Shown here piece by piece: positions 8,440-17,571 of a DNA stretch of 25,165 bases. Numbering within the stretch: the stretch's first letter is position 1; each line of letters starts with the position of its first letter. The DNA is from a virus (taxonomy: Duplodnaviria > Caudoviricetes). Under the pieces are notes generated by a model. It saw only the letters and a program-made list of their open reading frames with translations, was not told the DNA's origin and ran no database searches. A program made the translations under genes and the position numbers. The DNA lies in the IMG/VR virus record IMGVR_UViG_3300028275_000054, positions 1 through 25,165 of that record; one strand, given 5' to 3'.

Positions 8440-8769
8440 ATGGCTGAAGAATACGCACCCGGTTCATTTAATCTTGGTTATGACAGCGTTAGTGGAACGC
8501 TGACCAAGATGCACATCACGACAGATCAGAAAATGGTCTTTGAAGATGTGGTCAACATTGACGGGATTGCAGAGCAAAACAAAGCAATCAGGGACAGCAT
8601 CAGCAATACAGAGCGCCTGCCGGATGGCATGGTGAAAGTGGCATCTTTGCCCATGATGGTGTATCTTGAATTGCAGCAGAAGGGCATTTTGAAGGATAAG
8701 ATGGCCTTCCGTAAATGGCTTCGGTCTGACGCAGCAGCGCCTTACCGTAATCACCGGATCACAAGCTGA
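8440..8769 (+). CDS. Hypothetical protein (post-capsid)
   Basis: ATG 8440 after GGGGA; KVASLPMMV...FRKWL pattern; TGATG overlap with adaptor. Confidence 0.7.
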   Translation: MAEEYAPGSFNLGYDSVSGTLTKMHITTDQKMVFEDVVNIDGIAEQNKAIRDSISNTERLPDGMVKVASLPMMVYLELQQKGILKDKMAFRKWLRSDAAAPYRNHRITS

Positions 8770-9389
8770 TGGGCACAATCACTAACTATTCAACGCTGCA
8801 ATCAGCAATCGCTGACTATCTGAACCGTGCTGACCTGACTTCTCAGATTCAGACGTTCATTCAGTTTGTTGAGGCAGACTTGAATACGCGGCTTCGTTGC
8901 CGTGAAATGATTGTGCGTGCCACAACCACCAATGATGACGAGTTTGTTAAGCTGCCTCTCGATTTTCTTGAGGCACTCAACTTGCAGATTGTTGGCGGTG
9001 CATCACCGTTGCGATATGTCACGCTGGATGAAGCTGACATGATCAACAAGGCGCAGGTTCTAACGCAGGTGTCAGTGTATTCACTGATGAATGGTGCGAT
9101 TGAACTTATTCCGCCACCAAGCACTGATGTTGAAATTGAGATGGTCTATTATGGGAAGATTCCTGCATTGACCGACTCAAACACAACAAACTGGCTGCTG
9201 ACTAAAGCACCTGATGTTTATCTGTATGGCGCACTTGTCCATGCAGCACCGTTCCTGATGGATGACCAACGCATTCCTGTATTTGGCAACATTTACCTGA
9301 AGCGCGTTGAGGAACTTAATCAGGAATCACAGAAGTCACTGCATAGCGGTTCGCCGCTGCTTGCTCGCACCCGCAGCATTTACATCTAG
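8769..9389 (+). CDS. Head-tail adaptor protein
   Basis: NYSTLQSAIADYLNRADL...FIQFVEADLN..LR, TNWLLTKAPDVYLYGAL; position after capsid. Confidence 0.8.
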   Translation: MGTITNYSTLQSAIADYLNRADLTSQIQTFIQFVEADLNTRLRCREMIVRATTTNDDEFVKLPLDFLEALNLQIVGGASPLRYVTLDEADMINKAQVLTQVSVYSLMNGAIELIPPPSTDVEIEMVYYGKIPALTDSNTTNWLLTKAPDVYLYGALVHAAPFLMDDQRIPVFGNIYLKRVEELNQESQKSLHSGSPLLARTRSIYI

Positions 9390-9399
9390 GAGCTAACAG

Positions 9400-9828
9400 A
9401 TGTCTAAGTCTAATGCTTTTGAAAATTCGCTGTTGAAGTTGATCTTCAACGCTACTGCAATCGCAAATCTTGCAGACAATGCTGCAACATCTCCGCTGAC
9501 TAATCTGTATGTGTCTTTGCACACAGCAGACCCCGGCGAAGCTGGCGACCAGTCAACAAATGAAGTGTCTTACACTTCTTATGCGCGTGTTGCAGTTGCT
9601 CGTACGACAGGTGGTTGGACTGTCACAAACAACAGCGTCTCGCCTGTCGCCAACATTGACTTCCCGGCTGCTACTGGTGGCACGGCGACTGTGACATACT
9701 TTGGCGTTGGCTCTGCATCGTCTGGCGCTGGCGTTCTTTACTATAGCGGCACGGTGACGCCCAGCATCTCTATCTCGTCTGGTGTGACGCCACGACTGAC
9801 AACGGCCTCCACTATCACTGAGGACTAA
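9400..9828 (+). CDS. Virion fibre/structural protein
   Basis: LYVSLHTADPGEAG..NEVSYTSYARVAV..IDFPAATG motif common in phage fibre-associated beta proteins. Confidence 0.7.
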   Translation: MSKSNAFENSLLKLIFNATAIANLADNAATSPLTNLYVSLHTADPGEAGDQSTNEVSYTSYARVAVARTTGGWTVTNNSVSPVANIDFPAATGGTATVTYFGVGSASSGAGVLYYSGTVTPSISISSGVTPRLTTASTITED

Positions 9829-9833
9829 TCCTC

Positions 9834-10337
9834 ATGGCATTCGTCTCTGCTGATCGTGTCAGAGATACAAGCACAACGACAAGCACCGGGAACTTCACGG
9901 TTTCCGGTACTGCTCCGACTGGCTTTCGTACACTGTCGACTGTGCTTAGTGTCAATGACACGTTTTACTATGTCATTCAGGCGCAGGGTGCGAATGAGTG
10001 GGAAGTCGGCGTTGGTACATATTCCAGCGCAAACGTGTTTGCACGTACAACTGTGCTTGCATCTTCAAATGCAGGTAGCGCAGTAAACTTCTCTGCTGGC
10101 ACGAAGGATGTGTTCACTACGCTGGCAGCAGCGCGAACCATTCAGCGTCAGTCAGATGGAAGTGTGTATGCAGGATCAGGTGGTGGGTCTGACAATGCAA
10201 TTATCCTGAATGGGATTACGATTGCATCAAACTACACGATTCCGACTAGCTACAATGCTGGTTCGTTTGGACCTGTGACAATTAACAGCGGTGCTACGGT
10301 CACTGTGCCGTCAGGCAGCGTGTGGACGGTGGTGTAA
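9834..10337 (+). CDS. Fibre/adhesin base protein
   Basis: ADRVRDTSTTTSTG..EWEVGVGTY..NFSAGTKDVF, then GPVTINSGATVTVPSGSVWTVV. Confidence 0.65.
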   Translation: MAFVSADRVRDTSTTTSTGNFTVSGTAPTGFRTLSTVLSVNDTFYYVIQAQGANEWEVGVGTYSSANVFARTTVLASSNAGSAVNFSAGTKDVFTTLAAARTIQRQSDGSVYAGSGGGSDNAIILNGITIASNYTIPTSYNAGSFGPVTINSGATVTVPSGSVWTVV

Positions 10338-10338
10338 T

Positions 10339-10920
10339 ATGCCTCTGAAGCTCAATTCAACTGGCGGCGGTAGTGTCACTGTTGATGTGCCTAATACGGC
10401 ATCGACATACACTGCTACTTTGCCTGCAAGAACAGGAACGATCATCACATCCGCAGACAGTGCAACTGTTACGCAGAGTATGATTGCTTCTGGCGTTGCT
10501 GGTACTGGTCCTGCTTTCAGCGCGTATAGATCAACAACTCAATCTAGTGTGTCTGCTAATACATTTACAAAAATTCAATTTGATACTGAAGAGTTTGATA
10601 CAAACAGTAACTACGACAATACAACAAACTATCGGTTTACACCGACAGTTGCTGGATATTATCAATTCAATGCCTGTTTCCAGCCTAGCGCGAGCGGTGC
10701 TGCTCTTGTTTCCATTTATAAAAATGGATCACGAGTTAAGGAAGGAAACATTATTCAAACAGGCAGTGCTGGCGGCCCAAATACAACAGTTTCTGCCTTA
10801 ATATACTGCAATGGAAGTACAGATTATGTTGAGGCTTATGCCTATGACACATCTGCAACAAACATTGCTGGTTCTTCAACAGCTACATATTTCCAAGGCT
10901 TCTTGGCGAGAGGTGCATAA
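10339..10920 (+). CDS. Adhesin with C1q/TNF-like head domain
   Basis: PAFSAY..IQFDTEEFDTNSNYD..RFTPTVAGYYQF..DYVE..FQGFL; true start ATG 10339 rather than 10291. Confidence 0.78.
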   Translation: MPLKLNSTGGGSVTVDVPNTASTYTATLPARTGTIITSADSATVTQSMIASGVAGTGPAFSAYRSTTQSSVSANTFTKIQFDTEEFDTNSNYDNTTNYRFTPTVAGYYQFNACFQPSASGAALVSIYKNGSRVKEGNIIQTGSAGGPNTTVSALIYCNGSTDYVEAYAYDTSATNIAGSSTATYFQGFLARGA

Positions 10921-11093
10921 TGAGCCTATACGACAAGATCATGCTTATTTATCCATCATTAACAATGATGGATTTTATGACATACATCACGCTTCAAAAT
11001 GATGCTGATGGGCGAGGTGACTACATTGCTCGCTGGGAGCATCCTACTTTCCCGCAGCCAACAGAGCAACAACTTAAGGAAGTTGGCGCATGA
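10920..11093 (+). CDS. 57-aa XkdW-like fibre chaperone (absent from ORF track)
   Basis: MSLYDKIMLIYPSLTMMDFMTYITLQNDADGRGDYIARWEHPTFPQPTEQQLKEVGA*; TAATG and ATGA overlaps on the two sides. Confidence 0.8.
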   Translation: MSLYDKIMLIYPSLTMMDFMTYITLQNDADGRGDYIARWEHPTFPQPTEQQLKEVGA

Positions 11094-12250
11094 GCACCCT
11101 AAAAGTCATCAACGTCATTCATCCTTCAGGAAGCACAAATAACATTGTGACTGACTCAAGCGGCAATGTGATTTTTGGCGGCACGGCTGCAATGGCATCG
11201 TCGTATCTTCGCAACCGCATCATCAATGGAGATATGCGAATTGATCAGCGCAATGCTGGAGCAAGTGTGACTCTTTCTGATTCAACGATCACATACGGGG
11301 TTGATCGTTTTCTTGCCTATGAAAGCACATCTGCTTCAAGCTGCACTGTTCAGCAAGTTTCTGATGGCCCTACATCTGCAACTAATGGAGTTGTATTCCC
11401 AAACTCCTTGAAGTTTACGGTTGGCACGGGTGGAACAGCAACAGCATCGCAGCTTGCCATCATTGAACAGCGCATTGAAGGATACAACGTATCAGACTTT
11501 GGATACGGCTCCACAAGCGCGTTGACTACAACTCTTAGATTTTGGGTCAAATCCAGCGTAACTGGTACGTTTGCTGTTGGTTTGCGCAATGCAAATGATA
11601 CGCGGTCGTATGTCACAACTTATACGATTTCGTCTGCAAATACTTGGGAGCAAAAGACGATCACTATAACGGGTGATACAACAGGAACGTGGAACACTAC
11701 AAACGGCAGCGGCTTACAAATTCGTTGGGATTTGGGTTCAGGATCAACTTATCAAACATCAACATTAGATGCTTGGCAGTCTGGTCTATATTTTAGCACA
11801 AGTGGAAGAGCCAATTTGATTGGCACATCATCTGCGACATTCTTCATCACAGGCGTCCAGCTTGAAGTTGGCTCTGTCGCCACGCCGTTTGAACGCCGTC
11901 AGTATGGGCAAGAGTTGGCGCTGTGTCAGAGGTATTTTGCGCGGCTTGGTTCTTTGTCTGGCAACTATGTTGGATTTGGCGCTGGTATGTGCGACACCAC
12001 ATCAACGGGGTTTATTTACATTAAATACCCAGTAACCATGAGAGGCACACCAGCTCTTTCACAATCAAACACTTGTATTTATTCAACAACAGCAACATTT
12101 GCCACATCTAGTCTTGGAACTGTCTATTATGGTGGTGATTCACTTGCTGCAAATGTGAATGTGACGGGAACTATGACGGCAGGGCGTGGTGCTATGTTAA
12201 TCGGAAATAACAATGCTTCTGCCTACATTGATCTGTCTGCGGAGCTTTGA
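11090..12250 (+). CDS. Tail fibre/receptor-binding protein with CBM-like beta-sandwich
   Basis: RNRIINGDMRIDQR ... GVQLEVGSVATPFERRQYGQELALCQRYF ... YPVTMRGTP, ends LSAEL. Confidence 0.78.
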   Translation: MSTLKVINVIHPSGSTNNIVTDSSGNVIFGGTAAMASSYLRNRIINGDMRIDQRNAGASVTLSDSTITYGVDRFLAYESTSASSCTVQQVSDGPTSATNGVVFPNSLKFTVGTGGTATASQLAIIEQRIEGYNVSDFGYGSTSALTTTLRFWVKSSVTGTFAVGLRNANDTRSYVTTYTISSANTWEQKTITITGDTTGTWNTTNGSGLQIRWDLGSGSTYQTSTLDAWQSGLYFSTSGRANLIGTSSATFFITGVQLEVGSVATPFERRQYGQELALCQRYFARLGSLSGNYVGFGAGMCDTTSTGFIYIKYPVTMRGTPALSQSNTCIYSTTATFATSSLGTVYYGGDSLAANVNVTGTMTAGRGAMLIGNNNASAYIDLSAEL

Positions 12251-12252
12251 TC

Positions 12253-12426
12253 ATGCCATATCAAAATGCAAAGTATCTCAAAGACTTTAATGGCAATAAC
12301 GCTTGTATCAGCGTTTACATCAATGGTGTGCAATTTATTGTTCCTATTGATGAATCAAACACAGATTACAACAACATCATGCAGCTTGTCGCAGAAGGCA
12401 AGCTAACCATCTCACCAGCGGAGTAA
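12253..12426 (+). CDS. 57-aa fibre chaperone-like protein (absent from ORF track)
   Basis: MPYQNAKYLKDFNGNNACISVYINGVQFIVPIDESNTDYNNIMQLVAEGKLTISPAE*; GGAG SD; PxDxxNxDY motif; fills the gap. Confidence 0.8.
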   Translation: MPYQNAKYLKDFNGNNACISVYINGVQFIVPIDESNTDYNNIMQLVAEGKLTISPAE

Positions 12427-12427
12427 G

Positions 12428-12958
12428 ATGATGCCGATTACGATCAGCGGTAGCACAGGTGTTGCAGGCGTTGACGGGTCTGCATCTACGCCTGCGTTTC
12501 AAGGAACAGACACTAACACTGGAATTTACTTTCCCGGTGCAGACCGTATTGGTTTGGCAGAAGGTGGGGTGCAAGTTGGCGAATTTGATGCAAGCGGTAA
12601 TTTAAAATTCAACAGCGGCTATGGCTCTGTTGCTACAGCTTATGGTTGCCGTGCTTGGGTGAACTTCAACGGTACAACTGCATCACCATCAACAATTCGT
12701 GGAAGCGCAAACGTCACAAGCGTTACAAAAAATACGACAGGTGATTATACGGTTAACTTCACATCAGCTATGCCAGATGCAAACTATTGTGTTGCTGGAA
12801 CTGCTGGTTATACACAAGGTGGATCATCAAGCAGTGTTGGATACCTTTCGTTAAAAGGAAATACTTCATTAAGTACAGGGTCTGTATCTGTAATCACAAC
12901 TTATCAAAATGGAACGACCCAAGATGATGGGACCGTTTGTGTAGCAATTTTCCGTTGA
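12428..12958 (+). CDS. Short fibre/adhesin protein
   Basis: DTNTGIYFPGADRIG N-terminal motif; RAWVNFNGT..NVTSVTKNTTGDYTVNFTSAMPDANY head. Confidence 0.72.
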   Translation: MMPITISGSTGVAGVDGSASTPAFQGTDTNTGIYFPGADRIGLAEGGVQVGEFDASGNLKFNSGYGSVATAYGCRAWVNFNGTTASPSTIRGSANVTSVTKNTTGDYTVNFTSAMPDANYCVAGTAGYTQGGSSSSVGYLSLKGNTSLSTGSVSVITTYQNGTTQDDGTVCVAIFR

Positions 12959-12966
12959 GGTGAGAT

Positions 12967-13212
12967 ATGAGCAAGCAAATTATCTATCCAAACGGAAATG
13001 GCGGCATCTGTTTAGTCATGCCAACTAGAGAACTTCCTGTTGAAGAAGTGGCTCGTAAAGATGTGCCTGCTGGAATCCCGTATCGCATCATTGATGAATC
13101 AGATGTTCCTGCGGATCATACGTTTTTCAACGCATGGGAAGCTGATTTCAGCAATCCTGATGGTTATGGAATTGGCGCAGAAGCATGGTTTGCTGAACAG
13201 GAGAATAAGTAA
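12967..13212 (+). CDS. Small fibre-assembly/chaperone-like protein
   Basis: IIYPN..EEVARKDVPAG..YRII..VPADHTFFNAW; GAGGTGA SD. Confidence 0.65.
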   Translation: MSKQIIYPNGNGGICLVMPTRELPVEEVARKDVPAGIPYRIIDESDVPADHTFFNAWEADFSNPDGYGIGAEAWFAEQENK

Positions 13213-13445
13213 TGATTACGGTCAACATGGACAAGGCAAAACAGATCGGCCACACCATGCGCCGTGAAGCACGCGCAGAAGAGTTTGCGCCTTATGACAA
13301 GATCATCGCAGCGCAAATCCCCGGTCAGAATGCGCAGGAAGCGGAAGTTGCTCGTCAGGCTATTCGTGAGAAATATGCTACAATCCAGCAGGCGATTAAT
13401 GAGGCATCTACGCCAGAAGAGATTAAGGTTGCATTGGGGCTCTAA
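13212..13445 (+). CDS. Small helical fibre-assembly-like protein
   Basis: ITVNMDKAKQI..RREARAEEFAPYD..RQAIREKYA; TAATG overlap. Confidence 0.65.
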   Translation: MITVNMDKAKQIGHTMRREARAEEFAPYDKIIAAQIPGQNAQEAEVARQAIREKYATIQQAINEASTPEEIKVALGL

Positions 13446-14300
13446 ATGGCTGACTGGCTTGGCATAGCAGGGACACCAATATCATCAGGGCCAATCTCTG
13501 CGGCTCTGATTGAACCTGCTATTTATGTCGAAGCTGTTGGTTCGGCTACTGGCACTTGCACAGTCACTGCGGTTGGTGCGTCAACTTATGACGCTGTGGC
13601 ATCTGCCGCTGGCACTTGCACAGTCACTGCGGTTGGTGCTTCTACATTTGCTTCTATAGCATCTGCAACAGGAACCTGCACTGTTGCAGCAGTTGGCGCT
13701 TCAACATTTGCTGCTGTTGCATCAGCAACTGGAACTTCGGATGTTGCAGGAATTGGAATTTCGACAGCTGCTGCAACAGGTGCGGCTTCTGGAACAGCGG
13801 ATGTTTCCGGTGTCGGTACGCAGATCATCAACTCGGTTGGCGCTGCAACTGGAACATCATCTGTTTCAGGCATAGGCGCCTCCACATTTGCGGCAGTTGG
13901 AAGTGCATCTGGAACATCTACAGCAGCAGCTGATGGACAGGGTGTACTTGTCGTATCGGCTGTGGCTTCTGCTTCTGGAACATCCACAGCATCTGCTGTT
14001 ATGACTGCTACAGCAACAATGGTTGCAACCGCAGTTGGCACATCAACCGTAAACGGTGTTCTAAGGGCAACGGCTACCTTCACTGGAACGGCAGTCGGTT
14101 ATGCTGTATGCTTTGGCTACATTAAAAATGTCGGTTGGACGCCTGAGCCAGTCGATCCTGACACATGGACGGATCAGCCAGTTAACGATGCTACATGGAC
14201 GGCATCAACATCAACTGGTGACTGGTCGGTTATACCGACACAGGACGATGAATGGACAGAAGTGCCTACGCCAAATTCAAACTGGCAGAAGGCGGCTTAG
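13446..14300 (+). CDS. Ala/Thr/Gly/Ser 20-aa repeat virion protein with Trp-repeat C-terminus
   Basis: About 10 units of AVxSAxGTxTVxAVGASTFA, then W every 9-10 residues. Confidence 0.75.
   Translation: MADWLGIAGTPISSGPISAALIEPAIYVEAVGSATGTCTVTAVGASTYDAVASAAGTCTVTAVGASTFASIASATGTCTVAAVGASTFAAVASATGTSDVAGIGISTAAATGAASGTADVSGVGTQIINSVGAATGTSSVSGIGASTFAAVGSASGTSTAAADGQGVLVVSAVASASGTSTASAVMTATATMVATAVGTSTVNGVLRATATFTGTAVGYAVCFGYIKNVGWTPEPVDPDTWTDQPVNDATWTASTSTGDWSVIPTQDDEWTEVPTPNSNWQKAA
13533..14120 (+). repeat. Degenerate 60-bp coding tandem repeat
   Basis: Exact 31-bp copies CTGGCACTTGCACAGTCACTGCGGTTGGTGC at 13549-13579 and 13609-13639; GG(A/C)AC recurs at 60-bp spacing downstream, with one 66-bp unit. 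Confidence 0.9.
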
Positions 14301-14310
14301 GAGAGAATAG

Positions 14311-15516
14311 ATGGCTGACAGTTACACAACTAACCTCAATCTCACTAAGCCCGAAGTTGGGGCCAGCCGTGATACATGGGGAACCAAGATCAACGGCGAT
14401 ATGGACACGCTGGATGGCGTTTTTAACGCTGCTGGTAATGGTACATCTGTCGGGTTGAATGTTGGTGCTGGCAAAACACTAACTGTAGCTGGAACTGCAA
14501 ACATCAGTGGAACACTTGTTGTTCCGACATCTACATCACCTACACAGGTGACAGATGGTTCTATGGTGTGGGACAGCGATGATAACTTGCTGACAGTTGG
14601 AACTGGTCTAGCACGTAAAACAATGGTTGATACGGATAGCACGCAGACTCTTACTAATAAGACTCTGACTGCTCCTGTTATATCGACAATCAGCAATACT
14701 GGAACTGTAACGCTTCCAACAAGCACTGATACACTGGTTGGTCGTGCTACAACAGACACTTTGACAAATAAAACGATCAATGGATCAAACAACACAATAA
14801 CAAACATTTCGATGACAAGCGCTGTCACAGGAACACTTCCTGTTGCTAATGGCGGTACTGGTGTTGCTACGATTACAGCCAACAATGTCATTCTTGGAAA
14901 TGGCACTTCTGCTGTTCAAACAGTTGCGCCCGGTTCATCTGGAAATGTTTTGACATCTGATGGAACTACATGGGTTTCATCTGCACTGTCATCGTTCTCA
15001 AATATGCAGGTTTTCACATCTAACGGCACGTTTACCGTTCCATCAGGCGTAACTAAAGTAAAAGTTACTGTAGTTGGCGGTGGTGCAGGAGGAAGCAGTG
15101 GTAGCGGCAATGCTGGTGCAGGCGGCGGTGGCGGAACAGCCATCAAGATCATCTCTGGTCTTACTCCAGCAGGAACAGTATCTGTCACAGTAGGCAGCGG
15201 TGGTTCTGCTGGCTCTAATGGTGGCACTTCATCATTTGGCGCGTATTGCTCTGCAACTGGTGGAAGCACAACTACAGGCGCTAATGGTGGTCCCGGTGGT
15301 TCTGGTTCTAGCGGTGATCTAAATATGACTGGTCAAGGTGGCAATGGTGGTGCTTTGGTTGGCAGCCGTGGCTATTATGGCGGTGGTGGTTCATCGTTTA
15401 TGGGTGGCGGCGGCGCCGGATATGTTGATGGCGGTGGCGGCAATGGTGGACTTTATGGCGGCGGCGGCGGTTCAGGCGCATCAGGTGCGGCTGGTGTTGT
15501 CGTTGTGGAGTATTGA
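14311..15516 (+). CDS. Tail fibre with Gly-rich C-terminal domain
   Basis: N-terminal [18 protein letters not shown] anchor, [16 protein letters not shown] repeats, [34 protein letters not shown]...[10 protein letters not shown]. Confidence 0.82.
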   Translation: MADSYTTNLNLTKPEVGASRDTWGTKINGDMDTLDGVFNAAGNGTSVGLNVGAGKTLTVAGTANISGTLVVPTSTSPTQVTDGSMVWDSDDNLLTVGTGLARKTMVDTDSTQTLTNKTLTAPVISTISNTGTVTLPTSTDTLVGRATTDTLTNKTINGSNNTITNISMTSAVTGTLPVANGGTGVATITANNVILGNGTSAVQTVAPGSSGNVLTSDGTTWVSSALSSFSNMQVFTSNGTFTVPSGVTKVKVTVVGGGAGGSSGSGNAGAGGGGGTAIKIISGLTPAGTVSVTVGSGGSAGSNGGTSSFGAYCSATGGSTTTGANGGPGGSGSSGDLNMTGQGGNGGALVGSRGYYGGGGSSFMGGGGAGYVDGGGGNGGLYGGGGGSGASGAAGVVVVEY

Positions 15517-15519
15517 TAG

Positions 15520-15738
15520 ATGAAACAGGCTCTGATCTCTCCAAACGAAAATGTTTACGTTTACGGATATGGCAATGTCGGTAAACGTATTGCAGAAGTA
15601 TCCACTTCAACTTTTGAAGTGGCTGCACCTTTGTTTTGGACGCCATGTCCAGACTATGTAACGGCAGAGGCTTATTACTATAGCGATAACGGTTCTTTTT
15701 CCGTTATTCCTGCTCCTATTCCTCCGCAGCCGGAATGA
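15520..15738 (+). CDS. Small fibre-associated protein
   Basis: 72 aa, ALISPNE..RIAEV..FEVAAPLFW..CPD; directly follows the fibre gene. Confidence 0.65.
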   Translation: MKQALISPNENVYVYGYGNVGKRIAEVSTSTFEVAAPLFWTPCPDYVTAEAYYYSDNGSFSVIPAPIPPQPE

Positions 15739-15744
15739 TGAATT

Positions 15745-15981
15745 ATGGAAATGCAGTCGATCATCAATATGTCGGTTGCGGCTGCATTTGGTGTAGCTGG
15801 CTGGCTAGGTCGTGAGATGTGGGGTGCAGTCAAAGAACTGCGCAAAGACCTGCATGAGTTGGAAGTTGGTCTTCCAAAAGAATATGTCCAGAAAGTCGAT
15901 TTAGATAAGCGCATGGAGCATATCGAATATATGTTCCAGCGCATCTACGACAAACTGGAAAGCAAGGCAGACAAACCTTGA
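15745..15981 (+). CDS. Small membrane protein (holin/antiholin-like)
   Basis: One N-terminal hydrophobic segment followed by coiled coil; at head of lysis cassette. Confidence 0.55.
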   Translation: MEMQSIINMSVAAAFGVAGWLGREMWGAVKELRKDLHELEVGLPKEYVQKVDLDKRMEHIEYMFQRIYDKLESKADKP

Positions 15982-16020
15982 TAGTTTCACAAAAAGAGGG
16001 AGATGACGAGGTGAACAAAC

Positions 16021-16488
16021 ATGGACCCCGCATCTATTGCTCTTATATTTGGTGCAGCAAAGACTGCTTATGAAGCTATTAAGACAGGCATCAAGGTCGG
16101 TAAAGAAATACAGGGTATGGCGGGTGACATCGCCAAACTTTACGGATCAGTTACCAGTCTCACTAAACTATCGTCTAATCCTCCTAAGCCTAAAATGTTT
16201 AGCAAGGTGTCTGCCGAAGAAATGGCAATGGACATCGTTGTTAAACGTAAACAGGCAGAAGAATGGTTTGCGCAGGTCAAAAATGAGTTTGTCGCCACGT
16301 ATGGAATTGCGGGGTGGCAGGAAGTTGAACGTGAACTCACGCGCATCCAAAAGGATCAGAAGGCAGCGCGTGAAAGAGCAGCCAAGGAAGCGGAAGAGTT
16401 TCAGCGTGAGGTGATGATAATCTGTACCATTGGTGGTATTGTTATCTGCATCATCATCGGTGTTTTTCTGGTGTTTCTGGCTATATAG
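16021..16488 (+). CDS. Hypothetical membrane protein with C-terminal transmembrane helix
   Basis: GAGGTG SD; coiled coil followed by a hydrophobic tail of about 25 residues. Confidence 0.65.
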   Translation: MDPASIALIFGAAKTAYEAIKTGIKVGKEIQGMAGDIAKLYGSVTSLTKLSSNPPKPKMFSKVSAEEMAMDIVVKRKQAEEWFAQVKNEFVATYGIAGWQEVERELTRIQKDQKAARERAAKEAEEFQREVMIICTIGGIVICIIIGVFLVFLAI

Positions 16489-16497
16489 GGGGACAGC

Positions 16498-17022
16498 ATG
16501 GACCTATTGAAAACATTTGGACCATTGCTCCAGACAGTTGCTCCTACGCTGGCAACAGCCTTGGGTGGACCATTGGCAGGTGTTGCTGTCAAAACATTGT
16601 CTTCGGCTCTCCTTGGGCATGAAGAAGGCAATGAAGACGATGTAAAGGCTGCCTTGGAAAAGGCAACGCCAGAACAGCTTGCAGCTGTGAAGCAGATTGA
16701 CGCTGATTTCAAGGTTCGCATGAAGGAACTGGACATTGATCTTGAGCGCATTGCTGCTGCTGATCGTGACAGCGCCCGTAAGATGCAGGTATCAACCCAA
16801 GACTGGGTTCCACGTATGCTTGCACTCCTGATCACCGTTGGATTCTTCGGCATCCTGACTTGGATGCTTCTTCATGGTATGCCGCAGAATGGCACTGAAG
16901 CACTGCTTATGATGCTTGGTGCACTTGGTACGGCATGGACTGGGGTAATCAACTTCTACTATGGTTCATCGGCTGGATCGAAGGAAAAGAATGCCTTGAT
17001 CGGCAAGGGAGATGGAAAATGA
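16498..17022 (+). CDS. Putative holin (GTA 3TM-holin-like)
   Basis: APTLATALGGPLAG..DRDSARKMQ.. two TM helices..FYYGSSAGS; ATGA overlap with endolysin. Confidence 0.7.
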   Translation: MDLLKTFGPLLQTVAPTLATALGGPLAGVAVKTLSSALLGHEEGNEDDVKAALEKATPEQLAAVKQIDADFKVRMKELDIDLERIAAADRDSARKMQVSTQDWVPRMLALLITVGFFGILTWMLLHGMPQNGTEALLMMLGALGTAWTGVINFYYGSSAGSKEKNALIGKGDGK

Positions 17023-17528
17023 AGAGCAACTGGGAAGACTGCTTTAGGATGGTCTTGAAGCATGAAGGTGGATTTGTAAACCATCCGCGTGATCCCGGTG
17101 GTATGACCAATCTCGGTGTCACAAAGAGAGCATGGGAAGAATACACAGGTCAGCAGGCTGATGAGGCAGAAATGCGCAGTCTGACACCTGAGATGGTTCA
17201 GCCGTTCTATAAGGCTCGTTACTGGGACAAAATACGTGGAGATGAACTTCCGTTTGGAGTTGATTATGCAGCCTATGATCTGGCAGTTAACTCTGGACCA
17301 GCCCGTGCAGCTAAATACCTACAGCAGATCGTAGGTGTTCCGGCAGATGGCATCATTGGGCCAAAAACACTGGCTGCTATTAACGAAGCACCTGCTGATG
17401 AGGTGATTGATGCTCTTTGTGGGATGCGGATGGACTTCTTAAAAGGCTTGCCCACCTTTGATACCTTTGGAAAGGGTTGGACTCGTCGTGTTGCTGAAGT
17501 CGAAGAGAAGGCAAAGGGCATGGCCTGA
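17019..17528 (+). CDS. Endolysin, glycoside hydrolase family 108 with peptidoglycan-binding domain
   Basis: HEGGFVNHPRDPGGMTNLGVT, YDLAVNSG, DGIIGPKT, FGKGWTRR; true start ATG 17019. Confidence 0.92.
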   Translation: MKSNWEDCFRMVLKHEGGFVNHPRDPGGMTNLGVTKRAWEEYTGQQADEAEMRSLTPEMVQPFYKARYWDKIRGDELPFGVDYAAYDLAVNSGPARAAKYLQQIVGVPADGIIGPKTLAAINEAPADEVIDALCGMRMDFLKGLPTFDTFGKGWTRRVAEVEEKAKGMA

Positions 17529-17539
17529 AGCCTGTTTCG

Positions 17540-17549
17540 TGGTATAAAT
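17540..17549 (+). promoter_or_regulatory. Candidate extended -10 promoter
   Basis: TGGTATAAAT (TGn-TATAAA) in one of the few intergenic gaps, upstream of the tail hub gene. Confidence 0.4.
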
Positions 17550-17571
17550 AATGGACTTCTGAGGGATAACT

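Noticed and set aside
8380-8440. Capsid read-through or frameshift extension
   Set aside because: Tandem stops TGA TAA followed by a terminator hairpin; no slippery heptamer seen
13549-13700. 31-bp direct repeats with 29-bp intervals resembling a CRISPR array
   Set aside because: Only two exact copies, the intervals are themselves similar, the 60-bp period is in frame within a protein repeat, and there are no cas genes
13616-13933. Cys-rich 105-aa alternative-frame ORF
   Set aside because: Frame-shifted reading of GCT/GTT/GCA-rich repeat codons
13586-15269. Minus-strand ORFs 13586-14083, 14322-14906 and 14916-15269 (Val/Pro/Ala-rich)
   Set aside because: In-register antisense read-outs of low-complexity Thr/Gly/Ala codons
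10339-15516. Diversity-generating retroelement or invertible fibre cassette
   Set aside because: No reverse transcriptase, TR/VR pair, invertase or inverted gene copies seen in this window
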